Shown here one piece after another: positions 30,312-40,090 of a stretch of 64,000 nt of DNA; position 1 is the first letter of the stretch, and each line of letters starts with the position of its first letter. Location: NCBI GenBank assembly GCA_964575955.1, contig CAZNTG010000009.1, positions 82,404 to 146,403 of the forward strand, given 5' to 3'. The notes beneath the pieces were generated by a model. That model saw only the letters and a program-made list of their open reading frames with translations. It did no database searches and was not told the DNA's origin. The DNA is from an uncultured Thermoproteaceae archaeon (GTDB lineage Archaea > Thermoproteota > Thermoprotei > Thermoproteales > Thermocladiaceae). The position numbers and the translations under genes were made by a program.

Positions 30312-31339
30312 TGAGTAAGTCTTTTACTAAACTTGCTTAAAATTACACCAAGAGCATATGCTATAGCTGTTGTACTTCTCATAGCATGTCCTGTCATAGG
30401 TCCAAGCCTAATTTCACAATGTGCAAAATCTCTAATCTCTATAGGAACATCCTCAATCTCATTACCAAGAACAAGACATAATCTTCTACCTCTACTAATT
30501 ATGTTGTACGATAACTCCTGTAGAACACTTTCACCATGTATAGCATATTGAGATAAAACTACAATATAGTCAACATCTTTGAAACAATCTTCTAGATAAC
30601 ATACATCAACATTCTCAGGTTTATCAATACCAAGTTTATTACATGCCTCATATATCATATTAATGCTCCTACCTGACTTATCTAAAATTTTCAATTTAAC
30701 ATTAATGGCTCTGGCAAGCTGTATAAGATCCATATATTCGTAAATAGTTAACGGTTCAAGAACTATAACTTCTACATAATTCAAAATATTGTGAGGAATA
30801 ACTTCTCTAATCTTAACATAACTCACATTTGTAGAATATCCAACTAGTATAATGCCTCTCCTAACTTCAATATATATGTAACACTCAGGATTTTCTAAAT
30901 TAACTTCACAAATTTTTGATAATTCAATACCAACAATTCTACACAACTCTACACTAGTTATTGGAAATTTCTTATAAATTCTCTTACATACTACTCTAAA
31001 ATTTCTACACCTATACCTATCTAAGACTTCTCTCAAAGTATCCATACATAATCTCTTCAACATATCTACAACATTGTCAAAATCTTCATACCTTACTACA
31101 TACTTTAATTTGAGTATATGACATATGTAGTTTATAGTTCTCATTATTTTTGATATGTAGTTTATATCTTCTATATCAGTCTTTAATACTACTTCACCTT
31201 CTCTTGATAGTTCATAAACTATCTCTACATCTACTCCAATCTCTTTAAGATCTTTAAATATTTTTTCAAAACTTATCTTCTTTGCATATGGTTCTAATGT
31301 TATTATGTATGTATTTTCAAATTTTTCAATATTTAACAT
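30302..31339 (-). CDS. THUMP-domain SPOUT RNA methyltransferase
   Basis: THUMP (FRVVCKR..K.F....VNLENP) plus SpoU-like VLGNE.ED...IRLGP....MRS. Confidence 0.75.
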   Translation of the reverse strand: MLNIEKFENTYIITLEPYAKKISFEKIFKDLKEIGVDVEIVYELSREGEVVLKTDIEDINYISKIMRTINYICHILKLKYVVRYEDFDNVVDMLKRLCMDTLREVLDRYRCRNFRVVCKRIYKKFPITSVELCRIVGIELSKICEVNLENPECYIYIEVRRGIILVGYSTNVSYVKIREVIPHNILNYVEVIVLEPLTIYEYMDLIQLARAINVKLKILDKSGRSINMIYEACNKLGIDKPENVDVCYLEDCFKDVDYIVVLSQYAIHGESVLQELSYNIISRGRRLCLVLGNEIEDVPIEIRDFAHCEIRLGPMTGHAMRSTTAIAYALGVILSKFSKRLTQWL

Positions 31340-32528
31340 CTCTGAATAGTTTACTTAGATTTTCAATACCTTTAAATATGTCACTTATTGATGGATATGT
31401 GAAGTTTAGTCTCATTGTATTTTTCTTTGGTTTAGATATGTAGAATGCTTCTCCTGGAACATATGCAACTTTATATTTTTCAACTGCTTTATGTATAAGC
31501 TTTTTAGTATCTATCTTCTCATCGTTTAATTCAACCCATATAAACATTCCACCTATAGGTTTTGTCCATTTTGCAATATTTAACATGTATGTTTCTAAAG
31601 CTTCTAACATTGCATCTCTCTTCTTCTTGTAATATGTTGCTAATTCAGGTAGTCTTCTATCAATTATACCCTTCTTCAACAATCTCACAAGTGCGTGTTG
31701 TAGTAGTGTTGTTGTTTGTAGATTAACTATCTGCTTCATCTTCACAACATGTTGATATAGTTCATCAGGAACTACCATCCACCCAATTCTAAATCCAGGT
31801 GCTAAAATTTTGCTAAATGTTGAACAGTATATAACCCTTCCAGACTTGTCTAACCGTATTAGTGGTATTGAATCAGGAGTTTCCTCATACATGTAGTAGC
31901 TGTATGGATCATCTTCAACTATGTAGAAGTTGTATTTTTCTGCAAGTTCTAGAAGATGTTTTCTCCTATCAAGACTCATAGTTATTCCTGTTGGATTTTG
32001 ACACGTAGATACGGTATATAGAAACTTTATTTTCCTATTACTACTTTTCAAAATTTCTTCAAGTTTGTAAGTATCTATTCCATGTTCATCAATATCAACA
32101 TCAATAATATCTACATAGAAGCTCTTTAAGACTTGTATCATTGCTAGATATGTTGGTCTTTCAACAACTACAACATCTTTAGAATCTAAAATTGTTAGCG
32201 ATATTAAGTATAGTGCTTCTTGACTACCTGAAGTTACTATAATATTGTTGGGATCTATTTTACATGATTTAGTTCTATACATAAGTTTTGAAATTTCTTC
32301 TCTAAGTTCAGGTATTCCTTCACTATCTGTATATTGTAATGCTCTTCTCCAATCACTTTCTAACGTTTCAACTATGCTCTCTTCAACATCTTTCCATGGA
32401 AATGTCTCAGGGTCTGGTAATCCACCTGCAAAAGATATTACATCTTTTTTAGATATGACTTTAAGTATGTCACGTATAGCAGATATTTCAACTTCAAAGC
32501 ATCTCTTAGAAAGATAGTCATGACTCAG
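31326..32528 (-). CDS. PLP-dependent class I/II aminotransferase; extended here to a probable CTG start
   Basis: Frame is open upstream of the track's ATG (32282) through ISFAGGLPDPETFP and ALQY..SEG.PELR to CTG at 32528; TSGSQEAL, QNPTG, EDDPY, TFSKILAPGFRIGW. Confidence 0.88.
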   Translation of the reverse strand: MSHDYLSKRCFEVEISAIRDILKVISKKDVISFAGGLPDPETFPWKDVEESIVETLESDWRRALQYTDSEGIPELREEISKLMYRTKSCKIDPNNIIVTSGSQEALYLISLTILDSKDVVVVERPTYLAMIQVLKSFYVDIIDVDIDEHGIDTYKLEEILKSSNRKIKFLYTVSTCQNPTGITMSLDRRKHLLELAEKYNFYIVEDDPYSYYMYEETPDSIPLIRLDKSGRVIYCSTFSKILAPGFRIGWMVVPDELYQHVVKMKQIVNLQTTTLLQHALVRLLKKGIIDRRLPELATYYKKKRDAMLEALETYMLNIAKWTKPIGGMFIWVELNDEKIDTKKLIHKAVEKYKVAYVPGEAFYISKPKKNTMRLNFTYPSISDIFKGIENLSKLFRDVKY

Positions 32529-32587
32529 CTATATCCCCATAATCAAATGTAGAGGAAGCCTTATTAAGTTACTTCAACAGTCTACAT

Positions 32588-33403
32588 ATGGAAACGCTAG
32601 ATATACCTATTAAGAAGGATAGAGTATACATTGTCGGTCTTGGTCCAGGAGATGTATCATTAATAACTTTGAAAGCATTATCAATATTGAAGAAGGTTGA
32701 GGTAGCACTATACACAGGTTCATTACTAAGTCCAAAGCTTGTTAAACTCATTAAAGAATATGCCAAAGAGGTCTACAATACAGCGACATTGAGTGAAGAT
32801 GAGATTGTGAATATTCTTGAGAGTGGATATAGGAGAGGTAAATTAACAGCATGGTTTCACGATGGTTGTCCAACAATATATGGAGGTCTGTGGAATATAA
32901 TATCAAAATTGAAAGAGAGGAACATACCTTATGAGATAGTTCCAGGAGTACCATCATTTTGTGCTGCAGCAGCTAGATTAGGTATTGAACTTACAGTACC
33001 TGAAGAATCACAGACATTAATCATAAGTAGAATCAGTAGAAGAGCTCCTATGAGAGATGAAGAACGTGTTAGAAACTTCGTAGGTAAAGGAACGATAATA
33101 CTAATGCTTAGCATACATGCACCAGACCTAGTTGTTGAAGAATTGAAGAGTGGTGGTATGAGTGGTGATGAACAGATAGTCCTAGTACATAGAGTAACAT
33201 GGGGAGAACCTACAGAGAAAATTATTAGATGTAAATTAGAGGAACTTCCTAAAGTTGTTGAAAGAGAAAATATTAAAGGATGCTCTGTCATAATTGTTGG
33301 ACCATGTATAGATGAGAGAAGTTTCTCAAAAACTTTCAGAAGTATTGTATACTCACCCGATAAGCATAAATATAGTAGAACAGTAGTAAGTGAGGGTCAT
33401 TGA
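32588..33403 (+). CDS. cbiF: Cobalt-precorrin-4 C11-methyltransferase (CbiF/CobM)
   Basis: VGLGPGD, YTGSL, GCPTIYG, PGVPSF.AAAA.LG.ELTVPE.SQT. Confidence 0.85.
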   Translation: METLDIPIKKDRVYIVGLGPGDVSLITLKALSILKKVEVALYTGSLLSPKLVKLIKEYAKEVYNTATLSEDEIVNILESGYRRGKLTAWFHDGCPTIYGGLWNIISKLKERNIPYEIVPGVPSFCAAAARLGIELTVPEESQTLIISRISRRAPMRDEERVRNFVGKGTIILMLSIHAPDLVVEELKSGGMSGDEQIVLVHRVTWGEPTEKIIRCKLEELPKVVERENIKGCSVIIVGPCIDERSFSKTFRSIVYSPDKHKYSRTVVSEGH

Positions 33404-34563
33404 TAAATTTATCAAGAATAAGAGTTGGAATCTGTAAGACAGGTCTAGAGGCAGTTCTAATACTTGAAGATGGGTCAATATACTATGGATGTGGTTTTGG
33501 TGCTAAGGGTACTGCAGTTGGAGAGGTAGTATTTACAACATCAATGGTTGGATATCCAGAATCATTAACAGATCCAAGCTATGCAGGTCAAATATTGATA
33601 ATTACACACCCACTAGTTGGCAATTATGGTGTTGCATCTAGAGAATTAGCAATATATGGTGTGCCACTACACTTCGAATCTGATAGAATATGGGTATCAG
33701 GATTTGTAATACACGACTTAACAGAGCCAAGTCACTGGTCATCAATTATGAGTTTAGATGAGTGGCTTCGTAGAGAGGGAATACCTGGAATATATAGAGT
33801 TGATACACGTGCATTAGTGAAGAAGATTAGAGAGAAAGGTGTTATGATGGGCATATTACACGTATATGATCCTAGAGAAGAAGAGCCAGACATAGATGAG
33901 CTATATGCAAAATTGAAAAGTTCTCCAAGATATGATGATATACCTTTCGTAGATATAGTATCTCCAAAAGAAGTAATAGTTCATGAACCTGAAAATCCAA
34001 AAATTACTGTAGGTATACTTGACTGCGGTGTTAAGTATGGAATTGTTAGAGAATTATTAAAGAGGAGGTGTAGAGTTGTGAGATATCCACCATATACAGA
34101 TCCTTCAAAGATAGTTAATGAATGCGATGGTGTTGTAATTAGTAATGGTCCTGGAAATCCTGCAGTACTTACAGAAATTATAAAGCGTGTACAAGCATTA
34201 ATAGAGTATGGAATACCAATACTAGGTATATGCCTTGGACATCAACTAACATCACTAGCACTTGGAGCAAAGACATTCAAATTAAAGTACGGTCATAGAG
34301 GTCCAAATAAGACTGTTAAAGATTTAGAGACAGGTAGATGCTATATAACAACTCAAAATCATGGTTTTGCAGTAGATAGAGAACTTGCAGAAAAGGTTGG
34401 ACTGAAATTATGGTTTATAAATGTTGATGATAAGACTGTTGAAGGTTTAAAACATGTAAATAAACCAATAATAACAGTGCAGTTTCATCCTGAGGCAGGA
34501 CCTGGACCTCATGATACATCTTGGATATTTGACCTATTTCTAAAAATGATGAAAGCTCAGTAA
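33400..34563 (+). CDS. carA: Carbamoyl-phosphate synthase small subunit
   Basis: GEVVFTT.M.GYPESLTDPSY.GQ, SNGPGNP, GICLGHQ, QNHG, QFHPEA.PGP.D. Confidence 0.97.
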   Translation: MINLSRIRVGICKTGLEAVLILEDGSIYYGCGFGAKGTAVGEVVFTTSMVGYPESLTDPSYAGQILIITHPLVGNYGVASRELAIYGVPLHFESDRIWVSGFVIHDLTEPSHWSSIMSLDEWLRREGIPGIYRVDTRALVKKIREKGVMMGILHVYDPREEEPDIDELYAKLKSSPRYDDIPFVDIVSPKEVIVHEPENPKITVGILDCGVKYGIVRELLKRRCRVVRYPPYTDPSKIVNECDGVVISNGPGNPAVLTEIIKRVQALIEYGIPILGICLGHQLTSLALGAKTFKLKYGHRGPNKTVKDLETGRCYITTQNHGFAVDRELAEKVGLKLWFINVDDKTVEGLKHVNKPIITVQFHPEAGPGPHDTSWIFDLFLKMMKAQ

Positions 34564-34594
34564 ACAGAGAGATGAAGATGCGGAGCTGGTCTGA
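34546..34594 (+). ncRNA. C/D-box guide sRNA overlapping the carA 3' end; probable 16S rRNA double guide
   Basis: ATGATGA-aagctcagtaaa-CAGA-gag-ATGAAGA-tgcggagctggt-CTGA. Confidence 0.88.
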
Positions 34595-34659
34595 CATGAT
34601 GTATATTATACATTTTAAGGTAATATTCATAACATATCTACGAGATATTTAAAATAGTT

Positions 34660-35586
34660 GTGAAGAATCAAGTATGGGCCGAACGTGTTGAAGGTATTGT
34701 TGGTATAGTTATATCGATAGTAGTATGGTTTATCAGATATCTAGTCTCAATATTCACACTATCAGTTGCAGTACTTGTAGATGCTATACATGCACTTATA
34801 GATGCATCAACATCAGGAATAGTCTTAGGTACTAGTTTAATAGCTGAAAAACCTGCAGATGAAGAACATCCATATGGTCATGGTAGGGCAGTTGCACTTG
34901 GATCAAACATTATTGGAATAATAGTGTCAGGTATTGGAGTATGGATGATATATGAAGCAGTTATGAGATATATATCAAAGACATTTCCGATACTAAACTA
35001 CCTATACATATTTGCACCAATAATGTTAACAACAGCATTTATAAAATTTGGACAATGGCTATTTGCCAGATATCTAGGATTGAAATATAGATCTAGACTA
35101 TGTCTAGCGGATGCAAAACATCATCTAGCTGATGCATTGATGACAATTGCAGTAGTACTATCCATGTACATAATATACTTCACAAAACTCTACATAGTTG
35201 ACATATTGATAGCTATTGGAATTGGAACATTCATAATTAAGGAAGGTCTAAAAATTGTTAGAGAATCATCATCAATACTACTAGACAGATGTGTCACACC
35301 ACTAGCTAGAGAAGTTGAAAATATTGCAAAAAATGTTAAAGGTGTTAAAGATGTCAAGAGAGTACGCGTTAGAGATTTTGGAAGATACTACGTTGCAGAG
35401 CTTGACCTTGTAGTTGATAAAAATATGACTCTAGAAGAAGCACACGATCTAGCACATGCTGTTGAGAGTGAAATTATGAGTAAGATACCTGAAATAAGAC
35501 ATGTACATACACATTTCGCACCTGAAGGAGGTGAATATGTTAGAGAGGATACCAACAAGCAACAAAATGCTCATCATCAATCTTAA
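34660..35586 (+). CDS. Cation diffusion facilitator (FieF-like)
   Basis: DAIHALID, KPADEEHPYGHGR, DAKHHLAD, C-terminal EAHDLA...VHTH. Confidence 0.93.
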   Translation: MKNQVWAERVEGIVGIVISIVVWFIRYLVSIFTLSVAVLVDAIHALIDASTSGIVLGTSLIAEKPADEEHPYGHGRAVALGSNIIGIIVSGIGVWMIYEAVMRYISKTFPILNYLYIFAPIMLTTAFIKFGQWLFARYLGLKYRSRLCLADAKHHLADALMTIAVVLSMYIIYFTKLYIVDILIAIGIGTFIIKEGLKIVRESSSILLDRCVTPLAREVENIAKNVKGVKDVKRVRVRDFGRYYVAELDLVVDKNMTLEEAHDLAHAVESEIMSKIPEIRHVHTHFAPEGGEYVREDTNKQQNAHHQS

Positions 35587-36604
35587 CGATAGGTGGTCTC
35601 TCTCTAGCACACTTCTCTCTAGCATATATACATCTAGGATAGAATGGACATCCCTCTGGTAATTCTATAGGATTTGGAGGTACATCACCCTTAATTGGTA
35701 TGTCAGTAATCTTACGATTAGAATCTACTGTTGGAACTGCAGCAATTAATGCTCTAGTATATGGATGTGATGGATTAAACACAACTTTATCAGAATCTCC
35801 AATCTCTACAATAAACCCTAGATAGAGTACACAAATTCTATTTCCAACATATCTAGCAGTTGCAATATCGTGAGTTATGTATAGGTATGTTAAGTTGAAC
35901 TGATCTTTAAGATCCATCATCAAATTGAGAATATCTGCACGTAGAGATACATCAAGCATAGATATTGGCTCATCAGCAATTACAAGTCTTGGACGTAGAA
36001 TTAATGCTCTAGCAATAGCTACACGCTGTCTCTGTCCACCAGAAAGCTCATGTGGATATCTATCTAGATAATCTTCAGGAGGTGTTAATTGGACTTGTTC
36101 TAACATCTTTATAACATACTTCTCTAACTCTTTCTTATCACGTACAATCTTATGAACTATTAGTGGTTCTGCAATTATATCTCTAACTTTCAATCTCGGA
36201 TTTAGAGATTCGTAAGGATCTTGAAAAATTACCTGTATATATCTTCTATATCTATGAAACTCTTTATCACTTAGAGATGCAATATCTACTTCATTACCAT
36301 CAAGATTTAGAATAATCTTACCTCTAGTAATTTTAACGAGTCTTGCAATTGCCTTACCTAGAGTAGTTTTTCCACAACCGCTCTCACCAACTAGTGAAAG
36401 TATTTCTCCCTGCCTAATTGTCAGTGTAACGTCGTTTAGAGCTTTTACATACTTTCTAGAGAATGATAGACCTCTAAACAGTGGATACCATACACGTAGC
36501 TTAACAATCTTCAACAATGCTTCACTATCCTGAGCACAATATCTCTCATATTCCTCACTTATAGGTGCTAGATCTTTCTCAAGTTCAGCTATACGAGATG
36601 GCAT
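35540..36604 (-). CDS. Oligopeptide/dipeptide ABC ATPase (OppF/DppF)
   Basis: GESGCGKTT, FQDPYESLNP, LSGGQRQR, HPYTRAL, GCPFYPRC. Confidence 0.95.
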   Translation of the reverse strand: MPSRIAELEKDLAPISEEYERYCAQDSEALLKIVKLRVWYPLFRGLSFSRKYVKALNDVTLTIRQGEILSLVGESGCGKTTLGKAIARLVKITRGKIILNLDGNEVDIASLSDKEFHRYRRYIQVIFQDPYESLNPRLKVRDIIAEPLIVHKIVRDKKELEKYVIKMLEQVQLTPPEDYLDRYPHELSGGQRQRVAIARALILRPRLVIADEPISMLDVSLRADILNLMMDLKDQFNLTYLYITHDIATARYVGNRICVLYLGFIVEIGDSDKVVFNPSHPYTRALIAAVPTVDSNRKITDIPIKGDVPPNPIELPEGCPFYPRCIYAREKCARERPPIVKIDDEHFVACWYPL

Positions 36605-37563
36605 GCTACCAGTCTACCCTCTCCAACATTTCTAAGTTCAGGTTCTTCTTTTTTACATATCTCGTCAGCATATGGACATCTAGGATGAAATCTACATCCA
36701 GGTGGTGGATTTCTAAGGTCAGGTGGTGTTCCAGGTATGCCTCTAAGTCTCTTCTTTTCACCATATAGTCTAGGTATAGCTTCTAGTAGAGCTTTCGTAT
36801 ATGGATGAAGAGGTTCATTATACACCTTATCTAGAGGACCATACTCAACAATCTTACCAGCATACATAACAGCTACATAATCGGCAACTTGAGCTATTAA
36901 TGATAAATCGTGAGTTATGAATAGTAGTCCGAAGTTAAATTTTTTCTGTAAATCTTTTAAGAGTTTTATAACTTGTGCTTGTGTAATAACGTCTAGTGCT
37001 GTTGTTGGTTCATCAGCAATAATAACTTTTGGATATGTTGCTAATGCCATAGCAATAACCACACGTTGTCTTTGTCCACCAGAAAGTTCATGTGGGTATG
37101 AGTCAAATCTTGAAGGATCTATATTTACACATTTTAGAAGATTTTTAGCACGTTCCTCAGCTTCTCTTCTACTAATATTCTCATGTAGAAGTATTGCTTC
37201 TACTATCTGATCACCAATCTTTATAAATGGGTTTAGAGCATTCATAGCACCTTGAGGTATTATTGATATGTATTTCCACCTAATTCTACTCCTAAGTTCA
37301 GATTCTGAAAGTTTTGTAATATCTACATATCCTCTATCTGTCAATACTTCAATACTTCCATTAACAATCTTAGCATTTGCAGGTAATATCCTTATTAATG
37401 TCATTGCAAGACTAGACTTGCCACATCCACTTTCACCAACTATGCCTAACGTTCTACCTTTAAATACTGAGAATGATATTCCATCAACAGCTCTAACAAA
37501 CTGTCCATCCTCCATGTAGTAGTACATTTTCAGGTTTTGAACTTTCAATACTTCAAAACTCAT
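36589..37563 (-). CDS. Oligopeptide/dipeptide ABC ATPase (OppD/DppD)
   Basis: GESGCGKS, LSGGQRQR, DEPTTALDV, GCRFHPRC. Confidence 0.95.
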   Translation of the reverse strand: MSFEVLKVQNLKMYYYMEDGQFVRAVDGISFSVFKGRTLGIVGESGCGKSSLAMTLIRILPANAKIVNGSIEVLTDRGYVDITKLSESELRSRIRWKYISIIPQGAMNALNPFIKIGDQIVEAILLHENISRREAEERAKNLLKCVNIDPSRFDSYPHELSGGQRQRVVIAMALATYPKVIIADEPTTALDVITQAQVIKLLKDLQKKFNFGLLFITHDLSLIAQVADYVAVMYAGKIVEYGPLDKVYNEPLHPYTKALLEAIPRLYGEKKRLRGIPGTPPDLRNPPPGCRFHPRCPYADEICKKEEPELRNVGEGRLVACHLV

Positions 37564-37567
37564 AACC

Positions 37568-38875
37568 TCACCTGTAGTGTCTAAGTCTTGGATTTAATAC
37601 TTCTTCTAAACCTCTACCTATGAGTACGAATGCTAGACATATTATAGCTAGCATAAGTCCAGGAGGTACCCACCACCACCAATATCCACACTGTAGATAT
37701 GGCTCAGCTGCTTCAAGCATTCTACCCCATGTTGGGTAGAATGGACTACTTAAACCGAGGAATGACAATACTGCCTCTGTTATTATAGCAGCAGGTATGC
37801 TAAGTATAGTTCTAATAAGAACGTAAGGCATTGCGTGAGGTAGTACATGTTTAAACATTATTCTAAGATCTGAAACACCTATAGAACGTTCAGCCTCTAC
37901 AAATGGTGTTGCAGCTGTCTGTTGTGCAATTACATGAACAACTCTAGCAGTACCACCCCAACCCAATAGTCCAAGTATTAGAGCAACCTCAAATGGACTA
38001 GGCTTTCCATATGCTATAGATATCAAGATTAGTAATATTAATGCTGGAAAGTTTATTATAACATCATAAGTCCATACTAATGCTTCACTTATGAAATATA
38101 GTGAGAATATGTTAAATATTCTACTGAAAAATCCGTAATATCCACTTAAAATTCCTAAAATTACAGCTATAGCTGTTGATACTAGTGCAGCAACAAATCC
38201 AACCATTAGTGATATTGGTGCACCCCATACAAGACCAGCCCATAGATCTCTACCATATATGTCAGTTCCAAGAAGACCAAATACTTGACTCTTAACTATA
38301 ACTCTCATACCTATAATCTTAACACCTTTTGAAACAACTATGAACTTGTATACACCTCTACCACCAATTTTAAATAGCTTGAATGTTACTAGAGATCCGG
38401 GAAGCATATTAAACATCTCTACTAAATACTTACCACTAGCTATAGATAGCGAAGTTTCAGATGATGTGGTTATCGAATTATCTACAGGTATTTTAGTTCC
38501 ATTTGGAAGTACTACATATAGTGTTATATTTCCAAGTCCCGCAGTTTTATATACTATGAAGTCTATATCTTGTGGAGGTTCATCATATGTGTAGTTTATT
38601 GTAAATATGCAGATATTAGATCTATTACAGCTGATATACTTGTTCATATATGGCATGTACGTCTTACCTGTAAATATGCTAATCCAGGATGGTGCTGCAC
38701 CTCTAGGATAGTATGTTTCCCAAAATGTGTAATCACACCATTTGCCTAGTACCCATCCATATTTAACAAATGCTAATATGCATAGTGCAATTATGAAGCT
38801 TAGAAGTACCAGTCCTGCAATAACGTTACTATTCCTGAGTAGCAACTTTATATTTCTTCTCCACTCGTACGTCAT
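37568..38875 (-). CDS. Peptide ABC permease (OppC/DppC) with extracellular insertion
   Basis: LLGTDIYGRD, EAA-like loop, EAVLSFLGL, TWGRML, WWVPPG. Confidence 0.93.
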   Translation of the reverse strand: MTYEWRRNIKLLLRNSNVIAGLVLLSFIIALCILAFVKYGWVLGKWCDYTFWETYYPRGAAPSWISIFTGKTYMPYMNKYISCNRSNICIFTINYTYDEPPQDIDFIVYKTAGLGNITLYVVLPNGTKIPVDNSITTSSETSLSIASGKYLVEMFNMLPGSLVTFKLFKIGGRGVYKFIVVSKGVKIIGMRVIVKSQVFGLLGTDIYGRDLWAGLVWGAPISLMVGFVAALVSTAIAVILGILSGYYGFFSRIFNIFSLYFISEALVWTYDVIINFPALILLILISIAYGKPSPFEVALILGLLGWGGTARVVHVIAQQTAATPFVEAERSIGVSDLRIMFKHVLPHAMPYVLIRTILSIPAAIITEAVLSFLGLSSPFYPTWGRMLEAAEPYLQCGYWWWWVPPGLMLAIICLAFVLIGRGLEEVLNPRLRHYR

Positions 38876-39966
38876 GTTAATCCCTTTCTAAGTCTTGGAT
38901 CTAGTATTAGTACTAGTATATCAGCTATGAAAAGCGTTACTGCATATATCAGCACTGTCACATATGTCACTGCCATTATCATTGCTGCATCCATACTCTC
39001 AATAGCTCTCCAGTAGAGTAATCCCATGCCAGGCCAGTTAAATACCATCTCAGTAACTATAGCACCTCCAAAAGCTTCTGCAAGTGCTATAGCACACATA
39101 ACAACTATAGATGGTGCAGCTGCTCTAAGAGCATGATTATACAATATCTTCCTCTCAGGAACACCCTTAGCTCTTGCAGTTAGTATATAGTCTTCTCTTA
39201 AAACATCTAGAAGTAGTGAACGTACAACAAGCGCACCACCTCCAAAGTGCATAAATGCTAGTGTAATCATTGGAAGTGCTAGATGCCATAATACATCAAG
39301 TACAACACCTAGAGGTGTTGATGGTGGTGGAACGCTCATCATACGTCCAGGTGGGAATATCTTCATCTCAATTGCAAATACGTATATCATAATCATAGCT
39401 ATGTAAAATACAGGAAAACTCCAAGTTATCATACTCACAATAGTTATAACATTATCAGCAACAGAACCTCTCTTATTAGCTATGTAAGGTCCAATATATA
39501 TTGCAAGTAGAAGACCAACAATAACAGAAGTGACTAATAGAAGTACTGTTCTAGGTATTGCCTGTGCAATAATTGCAGCAGTATTACTACCAGTAAAGCC
39601 TAGAGATGAATAATCTGCTGAACATGGTGGAAAATGAAACGTTAAGAATGATATTAAGAAGTATCCAAGTAGGTTAAATTCATTAACAATTTCAGGAGTA
39701 TGACATCCACATAGTGGAGAACATAGATGATATCTATAGGTTAAAATATTGCAAAATATGTTATGTATAAGCTCCTTCATCTGTGTAGCTGTTAGAGCTT
39801 TATGTTGAGATGCTACATATGCAGCAACAGCAGCAGCATGATATGCTGTTGATACAACAATAGTCTTATATGATGGATACATTAGAAAATAGGTTATGAG
39901 TAGTATTATCAAGACAATACTAATCCTCTTGAAAAACTGACTAACAATATACCTTATACTAAACAT
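38872..39966 (-). CDS. Peptide ABC permease (OppB/DppB)
   Basis: HLALP, DYILTARAKG, E.VFNWPGMG, DPR. Confidence 0.93.
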   Translation of the reverse strand: MFSIRYIVSQFFKRISIVLIILLITYFLMYPSYKTIVVSTAYHAAAVAAYVASQHKALTATQMKELIHNIFCNILTYRYHLCSPLCGCHTPEIVNEFNLLGYFLISFLTFHFPPCSADYSSLGFTGSNTAAIIAQAIPRTVLLLVTSVIVGLLLAIYIGPYIANKRGSVADNVITIVSMITWSFPVFYIAMIMIYVFAIEMKIFPPGRMMSVPPPSTPLGVVLDVLWHLALPMITLAFMHFGGGALVVRSLLLDVLREDYILTARAKGVPERKILYNHALRAAAPSIVVMCAIALAEAFGGAIVTEMVFNWPGMGLLYWRAIESMDAAMIMAVTYVTVLIYAVTLFIADILVLILDPRLRKGLT

Positions 39967-40090
39967 TTCAATTCACTTAACATGGAAATCCATGAGGATA
40001 TATAACTATTTCCTACTTACTAGAAAGATTAGAAAGATACAATTATGAGATTTGAAAAAGAGAGTAGAAGATTGATTACTTTAATTTAAC

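Noticed and set aside
32245-32517. 90-aa plus-strand ORF
   Set aside because: Mirror frame of the aminotransferase's extended N-terminus.
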